Assembly (NCBI GenBank): GCA_964468465.1
Contig: CAYXVM010000001.1
Location: 1-34,626 of the forward strand
Length of the DNA: 34,626 bases
DNA from: an uncultured Clostridium sp.
Lineage (GTDB): Bacteria; Bacillota; Clostridia; Oscillospirales; Acutalibacteraceae
Direction of reading: 5' to 3'
Shown here: positions 26,140 to 34,626 of the stretch, in pieces
Position numbering within the stretch: the stretch's first letter is position 1
Layout: each line of letters starts with the position of its first letter
Program-made: the position numbers and the translations under genes
Notes under the pieces: generated by a model
The model's input: the letters and a program-made list of their open reading frames with translations, nothing else
What the model was told of the DNA's origin: nothing
Database searches by the model: none

Positions 26140-27151
26140 AATGATTAAAGAACTGTGCGCCCTGCCCGGAATATCCGGCAGAGAAAACGCCGTTCGTGAA
26201 TATATAATTGAAAAAATCAAAGATTATGCCGAATACAGCGTTGACCCGCTCGGCAATCTCATAGTATTTAAAAAGGGCAAAAATCCTGCCAAAAACAAGG
26301 TTATGATTGACGCCCACATGGATGAGGTCGGATTTATCATAACTTCGATTGATTCCGATGGTTTTCTCCGTTTTGAAAAGGTCGGAGGAATAGACACCCG
26401 TGTTTTTGCGGGCAGAACCGTCAGAGTCGGCGAAAAGGCGGTCTGCGGAGTTTTCGGCATTAAGCCGATTCATATGCTTGAAAAAAACGCAGAAGCGGAT
26501 ATGCCCAAAGCCGACGAGCTTTATATTGACATCGGAGCAAAAAGCAAGGAAGAAGCGGCGGAGTATGTCCGCCCGGGCGATGTGGCTTGGTTTGCCGACG
26601 GTTTTGCCGAATTCGGAAACGGATTCATAAAATCAAAGGCTCTTGATGACAGAGTCGGCTGTGCAATGCTGATTGAAATGATCAGAAGCGAGCTTGAATA
26701 TGACGCATGGTTTTCTTTCAGCGTTCAGGAGGAAATCGGCACAAGGGGAGCGCAGACGGCGGCATTCACAATTGACCCCGATTACGCAATCGTTGTTGAA
26801 ACAACCACGGCGGCGGATATTTCGGGCGTTAAGGATGAAAAAAGAGTTTGCCTTTGCGGCGAGGGCGGCGCAGTTTCGTTCATGGACAGAAGCACGCTTT
26901 ACGGCAGAGTGCTTTTTGACGGGGCGTTTGAGGTCGCCGAAAGAGACGGCATAAAATGCCAGGCGAAAACCCTTGTTGCGGGCGGCAATAATGCAGGCGC
27001 AATCCATAAAAGCAGATGCGGCGTTAAAACCCTTGCCATTTCGGTACCCTGCCGATATCTTCATTCCCCAAGCTGTGTCATAAAATATGATGATGCGCTT
27101 GAAAGCCTGCGTCTTGTTAAGGCAATGGCGGAGGAATTCGCAAAATGGTAA
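26132..27151 (+). CDS. M42-family metallopeptidase
   Basis: DAHMDEVG, KALDDRVG, QEEIG, RYLHS. Start at ATG 26132 overlaps the upstream gene. Confidence 0.9.
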   Translation: MLEMIKELCALPGISGRENAVREYIIEKIKDYAEYSVDPLGNLIVFKKGKNPAKNKVMIDAHMDEVGFIITSIDSDGFLRFEKVGGIDTRVFAGRTVRVGEKAVCGVFGIKPIHMLEKNAEADMPKADELYIDIGAKSKEEAAEYVRPGDVAWFADGFAEFGNGFIKSKALDDRVGCAMLIEMIRSELEYDAWFSFSVQEEIGTRGAQTAAFTIDPDYAIVVETTTAADISGVKDEKRVCLCGEGGAVSFMDRSTLYGRVLFDGAFEVAERDGIKCQAKTLVAGGNNAGAIHKSRCGVKTLAISVPCRYLHSPSCVIKYDDALESLRLVKAMAEEFAKW

Positions 27152-27876
27152 GTCTTATTAACGAAAAATCACAGCTTGACTTTTTGCCCGCAGATCCGTT
27201 TGCGGCAAGAATAACTGCGCTTTTTGAAACCTACGGCGCATCCCAAAGCTTTGCCTTTTTCTGGGTGCAGACTGTCGGAGATATTCCGACGGCGGCGGTC
27301 AGCAGAGTTGACGGCAGCGCAACTGTATTCTGCGCCGAAAATGCGGATTATGAGGAGCTTTCGGCGTTTTTGTCGGCTGTTGGTTTCTCGGATATCACCT
27401 GCTGCGCCTGCTGCGCCGAAAGGCTCGGACTGCCGATAAAAAAGACATCGTTTATTGTTCGTTTCTGCGGCAATGGGGCTGAACTTCCCGCCGCAGATAT
27501 ACTTAATGATTATGATAAAAAAGAACTTTATGCTCTGCTGACGGAATGCGACTTTGAGCTCGGAGATTACGGAAGCTTTCTTGCCGATGTCTGTGCAAGG
27601 CTTGCCAAAGGCACGGCTTCGCTTGCCGCCGTTCAGAGCGGCGGAGAGCTTTCCGCCTGCGCTTTCGCTCTTTTTGAGGGCGAAAAAAGTGTTTTGCTCG
27701 GAGCGGTTGCAACAAGACCCGTCGCAAGGGGCAGGGGATACGCCTCTGCGCTTGTCGGCTCTCTTGCAAAGGAGAAGTCGGAAAAGGCGGTTTTTCTGTT
27801 TTGCAGAAACGATTCGCTTGCTGATTTTTATAAAAAAATCGGCTTTGAAATCTGCGGACGCTGGGCTGTCTGCTGA
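27145..27876 (+). CDS. GNAT-family acetyltransferase with N-terminal extension
   Basis: VATRPVARGRGYAS and FYKKIGF. Confidence 0.85.
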   Translation: MVSLINEKSQLDFLPADPFAARITALFETYGASQSFAFFWVQTVGDIPTAAVSRVDGSATVFCAENADYEELSAFLSAVGFSDITCCACCAERLGLPIKKTSFIVRFCGNGAELPAADILNDYDKKELYALLTECDFELGDYGSFLADVCARLAKGTASLAAVQSGGELSACAFALFEGEKSVLLGAVATRPVARGRGYASALVGSLAKEKSEKAVFLFCRNDSLADFYKKIGFEICGRWAVC

Positions 27877-27908
27877 ATAAAATTCAATATTATCAAGGAG
27901 GAAATACT

Positions 27909-28604
27909 ATGTCACCGCTGTTTATTGTTACCGTTGCTTTGACTGCGTTAACTTCCGGCTTTGCTTTCGCCTGCATTGCTCAGCGGCGAAAAGGAAAAGC
28001 TTTTCAGGGAATGCTCTGCAAATTCATGGCAAGCTTTGGTTTCATTTCGGTCGCCGTTGTCGGCTACTGCATGAATCCGACGGATACATATTATTTCTGC
28101 CTGGTTTGCTTTGCTCTGCTTTTCGGATTTTTCGGAGATGTTCTGCTCGGAATTAAGGAGATTGCGCCGACATTCAGAGGCAAGCTTATTCCGCTTGGAA
28201 CGGCGTATTTTCTTGTCGGTCATATTTTTTATCTTTGCGCCTTTATCACCAAAGGCGGCTTCAATCTCGCCGCGCTCATTGTCGGCATTCTCGGCGGAGT
28301 GTTCTGCGTTGTTATGATGAAGCTGCTCAAGATGAAAATTGATAAAAAGCTGAAGATAATGCTGACGGTTTATTATGCCGCTCTTGTTTATAAAGTTTCC
28401 GCCTCGGCTGTGCTTGCTTTCGGCAGCAGAAGCCCCGCATTCTGGCTCGCTTTTATCGGCTCGGTGCTGTTCCTGATAAGCGATTCATGCCTGAGCCTGC
28501 TCTATTTCACGCCCGTAAAGAAGAAAAACAATTGGGTAACGGTTGAGCTTTCAACCTATTATCCGGCGCAGATACTTCTCGCTTTGTCGGTTGCCGTGAT
28601 GTGA
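27909..28604 (+). CDS. YhhN/lysoplasmalogenase-like membrane protein
   Basis: GDVLL, FLVGHIFY, GSVLFLISD, TYYPAQ. Confidence 0.85.
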   Translation: MSPLFIVTVALTALTSGFAFACIAQRRKGKAFQGMLCKFMASFGFISVAVVGYCMNPTDTYYFCLVCFALLFGFFGDVLLGIKEIAPTFRGKLIPLGTAYFLVGHIFYLCAFITKGGFNLAALIVGILGGVFCVVMMKLLKMKIDKKLKIMLTVYYAALVYKVSASAVLAFGSRSPAFWLAFIGSVLFLISDSCLSLLYFTPVKKKNNWVTVELSTYYPAQILLALSVAVM

Positions 28605-28615
28605 GGAAGTGAAAT

Positions 28616-28749
28616 ATGAAATATTCAATAATCAACATATTTATTGCAACCGTTGTGCTGATATCTTCGGTTACGGCGATATAAACCTCAACAGCGGCGA
28701 TGTTGACTTTATTGTTGATTATGTAAGAGTTTATCAGCTTGCGGGCTGA
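28616..28749 (+). pseudogene. Internally deleted GH16-like gene remnant
   Basis: GAGG RBS and signal-like MKYSIINIFIATVVLISSV, joined out of frame to GDVDFIVDYVRVYQLAG-stop, the typical GH16 C-terminus. Confidence 0.7.
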
Positions 28750-28778
28750 ATTAATAATTCAAAAGAGGAAGAATAAAT

Positions 28779-30143
28779 ATGATGACAAAAATTGCAATTA
28801 AAATTATGACCTTGATTATGCCGCTGGTAATTGCGCTCAACGGCTTTACGGTTTCGCTTCCGTTTTTAAACGGCAAAGCCGAAATTGATTATGATTTTGC
28901 AAATGATGCCGCAGGCTCTGCGGCGGGAACGGTCACGGTTTCTTCGCCCGTCAACGGTTCCTATGAGCTTTATTGGGGAACCGAGGATAACGAAAAGCTT
29001 TCGGTTGAAGTTAAGGGCTATGAAGTTTATTACAGCGAATTTGCCGAGCTTACCGTCAGAGGCGGCAAGGGGAGCACGGATATTTATGAGTTCACGGCGA
29101 TTCCCGAGGGCGCAGAGAGCGTGCTTGCTTTCAAAAACAAGGTGTTCATGGGTTCGGCGGAGCTTCCCGAAGAAAAGCTTGCCGATAACGGCGAAAAAAT
29201 TTATTCTTTCGGCGCATTGAGCGACCTGCATTTCAACCGCTATAATCTGTCTCTGACAGGCGACGATGCAGAAATTACTTTCCCGAATGCCCTCAATTTC
29301 CTTGACGGATTCGGCATATCGTTTGTCGGAATGTCGGGCGACCTTTCAAGCAACGGCGAGAGAGATTCCTTTGAAAAGTTCCACAGAATTGCATCAAATT
29401 ATGATTTCCCCGTTTATACCTCAACGGGCAACCACGATGTTTCAAACAAATACAGCCTTGAAAATTGGCAGGAGCTTGTCAATGCGGGCGTTTACGGCGA
29501 GAACAAGGCGGACGGCGTTATAAATGTTTCCGAAAACGGAATGGATTTCGTTTATCAGCCGCCCGAGGGCAGGGGAGATATATTTATTTTCCTTTGCCAG
29601 TATCAATGGGATTATAACAAAGACACAAGCCGTATTCTGACCGATGAACAGCTTGATTGGCTTGCAACCCGTCTTGAAGAATACAAGGACAGAAAGGTGT
29701 TCCTTTTCTTCCACACATTCCTGAATGCTCCCGGCGATAACCCTTATATGGGCGAGGGCAATCTGATAAACAATCTCGGAGTTAAATACAATCTTTCATT
29801 CACGGCGGGAACTCCCGACGAAGCCCGTTTCCGTCAGCTTATGAAAGATTATAAGAATGTATTTTTCTTCAACGGTCATTCTCATTGGACATACGATATG
29901 TATAAGCTCAATCCCCGGATTAACATAACGGACTATGACGGCGAATACGCAACAATGATTCATATTTCAAGCGTTTCATCGCCGAGAAGCGCAACTGCAA
30001 ATTCTGCGGCAACGGTTGAAAACTGTATGCGTGAATCCGAGGGAATGCTTGTCACGGTTTATGATGACTGCATTGTTTTCACGGCATGTGAATTTTTCTC
30101 GGGTGAGCTTCTTGCATACGCAACCTACAGATGCGACATATAA
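28779..30143 (+). CDS. Secreted or membrane-anchored calcineurin-like metallophosphoesterase
   Basis: Hydrophobic N-terminus, then SDLH, SGDL, GNHD, FFH and GHSH motifs. Confidence 0.85.
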   Translation: MMTKIAIKIMTLIMPLVIALNGFTVSLPFLNGKAEIDYDFANDAAGSAAGTVTVSSPVNGSYELYWGTEDNEKLSVEVKGYEVYYSEFAELTVRGGKGSTDIYEFTAIPEGAESVLAFKNKVFMGSAELPEEKLADNGEKIYSFGALSDLHFNRYNLSLTGDDAEITFPNALNFLDGFGISFVGMSGDLSSNGERDSFEKFHRIASNYDFPVYTSTGNHDVSNKYSLENWQELVNAGVYGENKADGVINVSENGMDFVYQPPEGRGDIFIFLCQYQWDYNKDTSRILTDEQLDWLATRLEEYKDRKVFLFFHTFLNAPGDNPYMGEGNLINNLGVKYNLSFTAGTPDEARFRQLMKDYKNVFFFNGHSHWTYDMYKLNPRINITDYDGEYATMIHISSVSSPRSATANSAATVENCMRESEGMLVTVYDDCIVFTACEFFSGELLAYATYRCDI

Positions 30144-30144
30144 T

Positions 30145-30186
30145 AAAAAACATACCGTCGGGCGGCAGAGCTTCCCGACGGTTTTG
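30145..30186. terminator. Bidirectional terminator
   Basis: accgtcggg (30154-30162) / cccgacggt (30174-30182) with A and T flanks, between convergent genes. Confidence 0.7.
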
Positions 30187-30187
30187 C

Positions 30188-30958
30188 TTATGAATTACTC
30201 TTGATTTTCTTGATTGCGCCTTTTTCAAGGCGTGAGACCTGCGCCTGAGAAATGCCGATTTCCTGAGCAACCTCCATTTGCGTTTTTCCCTGCATGAAAC
30301 GCAGATAAAGTATTTTTTTCTCCCTCTTGTTCAAATCTCTCATTGCCTGCTTGAGCAGAATTTCATCAAGCCAGTTTTCTTCGCTTTCCGCTCCTCCGAT
30401 CTGATCCATAACATAAATCGTGTCGCCGCCGTCGGAATAGACAGGCTCGTTGAGCGAAACGGGCTCAACAATTGCGTCAAGAGCCATAACCACGCTCTCT
30501 CTGTCCGTGCCAAGCTCCTTGGCGATTTCCTCGGGAGTGGGGTCACGCTCAAGCTCATTGATAAGCCGTTCCCTGACCTGCATTGCGTGATAGGCGGTGT
30601 CTCTGACCGAGCGGCTGACCCTGACGGGGTTGTTATCCCGCAGATGCCGTCTGACTTCGCCGATTATCATGGGGCAGGCATAGGTGCTGAAGCGAACGTC
30701 AAGACTCATGTCAAAATTATCAATTGCTTTTATCAGCCCGATACAGCCGACTTGAAAAAGATCATCGGGATTTTCACCCCTGTTTGAAAATCGCTGGATA
30801 ACGCTCAGAACAAGCCTCAGATTGCCCGTCACGAGATCCTCTCGGGCTTTTTTGTCGCCCGCTCTTGCCTTTTTGAGAAGCTCCATTTTTTCGCTTTCTT
30901 TGAGAACCTTCAGTTTTGCGGTGTTAACTCCGCATATTTCAACCTTGTTGAACTGCAA
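30188..30958 (-). CDS. sigG: Sporulation sigma factor SigG
   Basis: NKVEICGVNT N-terminus, GNLRLVLSVIQRF, DDLFQVGCIGL, GKTQMEVAQEIGISQAQVSRLEK. TTG start at 30958 after GGGGTG gives 256 aa. Confidence 0.93.
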   Translation of the reverse strand: MQFNKVEICGVNTAKLKVLKESEKMELLKKARAGDKKAREDLVTGNLRLVLSVIQRFSNRGENPDDLFQVGCIGLIKAIDNFDMSLDVRFSTYACPMIIGEVRRHLRDNNPVRVSRSVRDTAYHAMQVRERLINELERDPTPEEIAKELGTDRESVVMALDAIVEPVSLNEPVYSDGGDTIYVMDQIGGAESEENWLDEILLKQAMRDLNKREKKILYLRFMQGKTQMEVAQEIGISQAQVSRLEKGAIKKIKSNS

Positions 30959-30991
30959 AAAAATCACCCCGATACATTTGATGGCAATATC

Positions 30992-31020
30992 AGTATTGCC
31001 TGTTTGTATCGGAGTTATTA
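30992..31020 (-). promoter_or_regulatory. Candidate sigmaF/sigmaG-type promoter of sigG
   Basis: TAATA-15 bp-GGCAATACT, versus the sigmaF consensus GYATA-N15-GGnnAnAhT. Confidence 0.45.
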
Positions 31021-31031
31021 TTTTCTTTATG

Positions 31032-31439
31032 TTATTCGCCGAACATTCCGTTCCACATGGCGTTTCTGAGAGAGCCGTTATAATCGCTGCCCTCCTGCCA
31101 GTTGAATATTCCGCCGAAGCCGTTTTCTTTGACCCAATGAGCTTTTTTGACGATTGATTCGGGCGTGTCAATTCCGAGTTTTGCACCGTCAATGATTATA
31201 TAGTCCTGGTCTTCGCCCCGTTCAAGGCTTGCCTTGCCCTGACTGACAAGCTCTGTGAGATAATCGTATCCGACCCAATTGTATTTTTCGGTTTTGCTTC
31301 TTGCATAAAAAGGAACGCCGAGAATGAGCTTGCTCTTGTCAATGAGCTTTGCCCAATCGTTCATGTTCTTAACTGTCAGCGCAAAGCTTGAATGGTCGCA
31401 GTCCGTCATGTCGTAGGTCATGACATTAACAAAATTGAA
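31032..31439 (-). pseudogene. GH18 glycoside hydrolase C-terminal fragment
   Basis: FNFVNVMTYD, KLILGVPFYAR, DTPESIVKKA, GFGGIFNW. There is no DxxDxDxE catalytic half, and an in-frame stop lies near 31491. Confidence 0.8.
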
Positions 31440-31641
31440 TTTTGATTTTTTCGGCGGAATTGCGGTTAAACCGTGAATTTCGCCGAATTTTTATGCAAAA
31501 AAATTTTTTAAGTCAACTTTTTTTGAAAAATAAAAAAGCGAGAAAAACAGAGCATATCGGAGCATTTAAGAGAAAAACAGAGTAAAATTATTAAATTTCT
31601 CAAACAGTAACGGGTTTTTCACGGTTTTGTTAAAAAAATTG

Positions 31642-31686
31642 TTGACATTTGCAGATATTTGCACTATATTAATGTTAATATTAACA
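31642..31686 (+). promoter_or_regulatory. SigmaA promoter of the pot operon with palindromic operator candidate
   Basis: TTGACA-17 bp-TATATT, and a perfect palindrome TGTTAATATTAACA at 31673-31686. Confidence 0.7.
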
Positions 31687-31708
31687 AGTACAGAGAGGGG
31701 CTGCATAA

Positions 31709-32842
31709 TTGAAAAACAATGCAATAATCGATTTGAAAAACATTTCCGTTTCTTTCGGGAATAATCAGGTGCTCAAAAATCTGAATCTTTACATCCGGGA
31801 TAAGGAGTTTATAACTCTGCTCGGTCCGTCGGGCTGCGGCAAAACAACGACTCTGCGAATTATTGCAGGCTTTGTTGAACCCGACGAAGGCGAGGTTATT
31901 TTTGAGGGAAAGAAGATCAATAGTGTTCCTCCTCATAAGAGGCAGGTTAACACTATTTTTCAGCGTTATGCCCTTTTTCCTCACCTGAATGTTTATGAGA
32001 ATGTTGCTTTCGGCCTGAGAATCAGAAAGACTCCCGAAAAGCAGATTAAAGAAACGGTTGAAGAAATGCTTGCTTTGGTCAATCTGACCGGCTTCGGCAA
32101 GCGTAATATAAATTCGCTCTCGGGCGGTCAGCAGCAGCGAGTTGCAATTGCAAGAGCTCTTGCGGTTAAGCCGAGAGTTCTGCTTCTTGACGAGCCTTTG
32201 GGCGCTCTCGATCTCAAGCTTCGCAAGGATATGCAGGTTGAGCTTAAAAACATTCAGCAGAGGCTCGGCATAACCTTTATATATGTTACCCATGACCAGG
32301 AGGAAGCTCTCTCGATGTCAGACACCGTTGTTGTTATGGATAACGGCGTTATTCAGCAGATTGGCACGCCTCTTGATATCTATAACGAGCCGAAGAATGC
32401 CTTTGTTGCGGATTTCATCGGCGAGAGCAATATTCTTGACGGCGTTATGCCCGAGGACTGCGTGGTTGATTTCTCGGGTCACCGCTTTGAATGCCTTGAC
32501 AAGGGCTTTGCCAAAAATGAGGCGGTTGATGTCGTTGTCCGCCCCGAGGATGTTGATGTTGTTGAGCCCGAAAAGGGAATGCTCTGCGGCGTTGTCACCT
32601 CTGTAACCTTTAAGGGCGTTCATTTTGAGATTATCGTTGATATCGGCGGCTTTAAGTGGATGATTCAGACAACCGATTATCAGCCCGAGGGCAGCAAAAT
32701 CGGTCTGTTTATCGAGCCCGATGCAATCCATATAATGAAGAAATCCGAATATTCAGGTATTTACGGCGACTACAGCTCATTCAGCGAGGAATTTGACGAG
32801 CTTTCCGACCCCTCGACTGATGCTGAGGAGGACGAGGAATGA
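31709..32842 (+). CDS. potA: Spermidine/putrescine ABC transporter ATPase
   Basis: [43 protein letters not shown] domain, acidic tail. Confidence 0.93.
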   Translation: MKNNAIIDLKNISVSFGNNQVLKNLNLYIRDKEFITLLGPSGCGKTTTLRIIAGFVEPDEGEVIFEGKKINSVPPHKRQVNTIFQRYALFPHLNVYENVAFGLRIRKTPEKQIKETVEEMLALVNLTGFGKRNINSLSGGQQQRVAIARALAVKPRVLLLDEPLGALDLKLRKDMQVELKNIQQRLGITFIYVTHDQEEALSMSDTVVVMDNGVIQQIGTPLDIYNEPKNAFVADFIGESNILDGVMPEDCVVDFSGHRFECLDKGFAKNEAVDVVVRPEDVDVVEPEKGMLCGVVTSVTFKGVHFEIIVDIGGFKWMIQTTDYQPEGSKIGLFIEPDAIHIMKKSEYSGIYGDYSSFSEEFDELSDPSTDAEEDEE

Positions 32843-33663
32843 ACAACCGCTCAGTATTGAAAACGAAGCTTGTTGCCTCGCCTTATATCGTCTGGTCGGC
32901 GCTTTTCATTATTGCGCCCCTGATTTTCGTTGTCTATTATTCATTCACCGATGCGGCGGGAAATTTCACATTTGACAATATTTCCGCCCTCGTTAAGTAT
33001 GCGCCGACTTTTCTGCGTTCGATTTGGTTCGGCATCGTCGCAACGCTTATCTGCCTTGTGATTGCGTTTCCGCTTGCCTACATCATTTCGCAGAAAACGG
33101 AGAAAATTCAGCGCACGCTCGTTATGCTCGTTATGCTCCCGATGTGGATGAGCTTTCTCATCAGAACTTATTCATGGATGGCTCTGCTTCAGGATACGGG
33201 CATAATCAACACCCTGCTCGGCAAAATAGGCATTGACCCGATTCACATGATAAACACCTCTGGTGCGGTTATTCTCGGCATGGTTTATAATTTTTTGCCG
33301 TATATGATAATGCCGATTTATTCCGTTATGGCAAAGCTTGACCACAGCATGATTGAAGCCTGCCAGGATCTCGGCGGCAACAGGCTGACCGTTATCAGAA
33401 GATGCATTCTGCCCATGAGCATGCCGGGCGTCGTTTCGGGAATAACGATGGTTTTTGTTCCCTCCGTCAGCACATTCTATATTTCGCAAAAGCTCGGCGG
33501 CGGCTCATTTGACCTTATCGGCGATGTTATCGAAAGGCAGTTCCAGCAGTCATATAACTACAATCTCGGCGCTTCGATTTCGCTTGTGCTCATGGTGCTT
33601 ATTCTTTTGAGCATGGCTGTTATGAACCGCTTTACGGGCGATGAGGAGGGCATGGTAATATGA
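32839..33663 (+). CDS. potB: Spermidine/putrescine ABC permease
   Basis: [27 protein letters not shown], and EAA-like EACQDLGG. Confidence 0.9.
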   Translation: MNNRSVLKTKLVASPYIVWSALFIIAPLIFVVYYSFTDAAGNFTFDNISALVKYAPTFLRSIWFGIVATLICLVIAFPLAYIISQKTEKIQRTLVMLVMLPMWMSFLIRTYSWMALLQDTGIINTLLGKIGIDPIHMINTSGAVILGMVYNFLPYMIMPIYSVMAKLDHSMIEACQDLGGNRLTVIRRCILPMSMPGVVSGITMVFVPSVSTFYISQKLGGGSFDLIGDVIERQFQQSYNYNLGASISLVLMVLILLSMAVMNRFTGDEEGMVI

Positions 33664-34469
33664 AAACGGTTTCAAGAATTTATTCGGCTCTCGTTTTTCT
33701 CTTTCTCTATGCGCCCATCATCGTGCTGATTCTTTTTTCTTTTAACTCATCAAGCAGCACGAGCGTATTTGCGGGTTTTTCGCTTCAATGGTATAAATCG
33801 CTCTTTCAGGATGAAGCAACCCTCAGAGCGCTTTATAACACCCTGATTCTTGCGGTCTGCTCATCGGTTGCCGCAACGGTAATCGGCACGGCGGCGGCTG
33901 TCGGAATCGACAAATTCAAAAAAGGCGTTGCCCGTTCGAGCATTATGGCGGTGACGAATATTCCGATGATGAACCCCGAAATCGTAACGGGTATTTCAAT
34001 GATGTTGCTGTTCGTTTTTGTCGGCAGACTTGTCAGAAACGATTCGGTTCTCGGCTTCGGAACGTTGCTTATCGCCCATGTAACATTCAATCTGCCTTAT
34101 ATTATCCTTACGGTTCTGCCAAAGCTTCGCCAGACCGACAGAAACCTTGCCGAAGCGGCGCAGGATCTCGGCTGTATGCCCGTTCAGGCGTTTTTCAAGG
34201 TTGTTCTGCCCTCAATCATGCCCGGCATTATAACGGGAATGATAATGGCGTTCACCCTGTCGCTTGACGATTTCATTATCAGCTATTTCACCGGCGGACC
34301 GGGCTTCCAGACGCTTCCGATAGCTATTTTCTCAATGACAAAGAAGCGTGTAAAGCCCGATATGTATGCGCTTTCCGCATTGATTTTTGTCAGCATTCTG
34401 CTGTTGCTGATTCTCTATAATCTCGCTCAGTCGAAAAGCGAACAGGAATCAAAAAGAAAAACAAAATAA
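33660..34469 (+). CDS. potC: Spermidine/putrescine ABC permease
   Basis: FLYAPI..SFN, GFSLQWY, PEIVTG, EAAQDLG, FTLSLDDF. Confidence 0.9.
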   Translation: MKTVSRIYSALVFLFLYAPIIVLILFSFNSSSSTSVFAGFSLQWYKSLFQDEATLRALYNTLILAVCSSVAATVIGTAAAVGIDKFKKGVARSSIMAVTNIPMMNPEIVTGISMMLLFVFVGRLVRNDSVLGFGTLLIAHVTFNLPYIILTVLPKLRQTDRNLAEAAQDLGCMPVQAFFKVVLPSIMPGIITGMIMAFTLSLDDFIISYFTGGPGFQTLPIAIFSMTKKRVKPDMYALSALIFVSILLLLILYNLAQSKSEQESKRKTK

Positions 34470-34528
34470 ACTATCACGCTGATTGTTACAACCCGATTTA
34501 TCAGCTAATCCATAAGGAGAGACGGAGA

Positions 34529-34626
34529 GTGAAAAAAAGAATTGCATGTGCGCTCATTGCGCTTGTTATTGCCCTTGCGCCCTGCACCGTTGCGTCTGCC
34601 GCAGCTTCGCAGAGCGACATTGAGGC
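34529..34626 (+). CDS. 5' part of a secreted protein, probably the PotD substrate-binding protein (truncated by window)
   Basis: GTG start after AGGAG/GGAG, signal peptide MKKRIACALIALVIALAPCTVASA, and position after potC. Confidence 0.55.
   Translation, partial: MKKRIACALIALVIALAPCTVASAAASQSDIE

Noticed and set aside
25105-27151. Tandem M42 peptidases as a novelty
   Set aside because: Tandem M42 paralogs are common in Clostridia, and both retain their metal ligands.
30959-31192. 77-aa N-terminal extension of SigG in the ORF track
   Set aside because: It overlaps the GH18 fragment and the promoter. TTG 30958 has an RBS and gives the canonical length.

Overview
This is a 34.6 kb chromosomal window from a spore-forming, gut-type Clostridia (Oscillospiraceae/Ruminococcaceae-like, inferred from sigG, yaaL-bofA, CIRCE-htpG and the CAZymes). 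Most of it is housekeeping or carbohydrate genes: Gfo/Idh/MocA, GNATs, GH78, ABC-F, manA, a 3alpha-HSDH-like SDR, GH36, htpG, a 2-hydroxyacid dehydrogenase, DedA, galK, two M42 peptidases, YhhN, a metallophosphoesterase, sigG and potABC(D). The most unusual part is a central 6.7 kb locus. There, a GDP-heptose-type operon (hddA, a small cupin sitting where gmhA normally is, and an hddC-gmhB fusion) runs into a cobalamin-dependent radical SAM gene, which converges on a paralogous B12-radical SAM gene. The non-coding DNA also carries signals: a cluster of eight sequence-diverse GTAG-REP hairpins at the left edge, a promoter/leader-peptide/terminator attenuator before a P-loop kinase, and a ~250 nt multibranch folding element after htpG. 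There are also two glycoside hydrolase relics (GH16, GH18). All calls come from motifs read by eye and recalled family knowledge; no searches were run.
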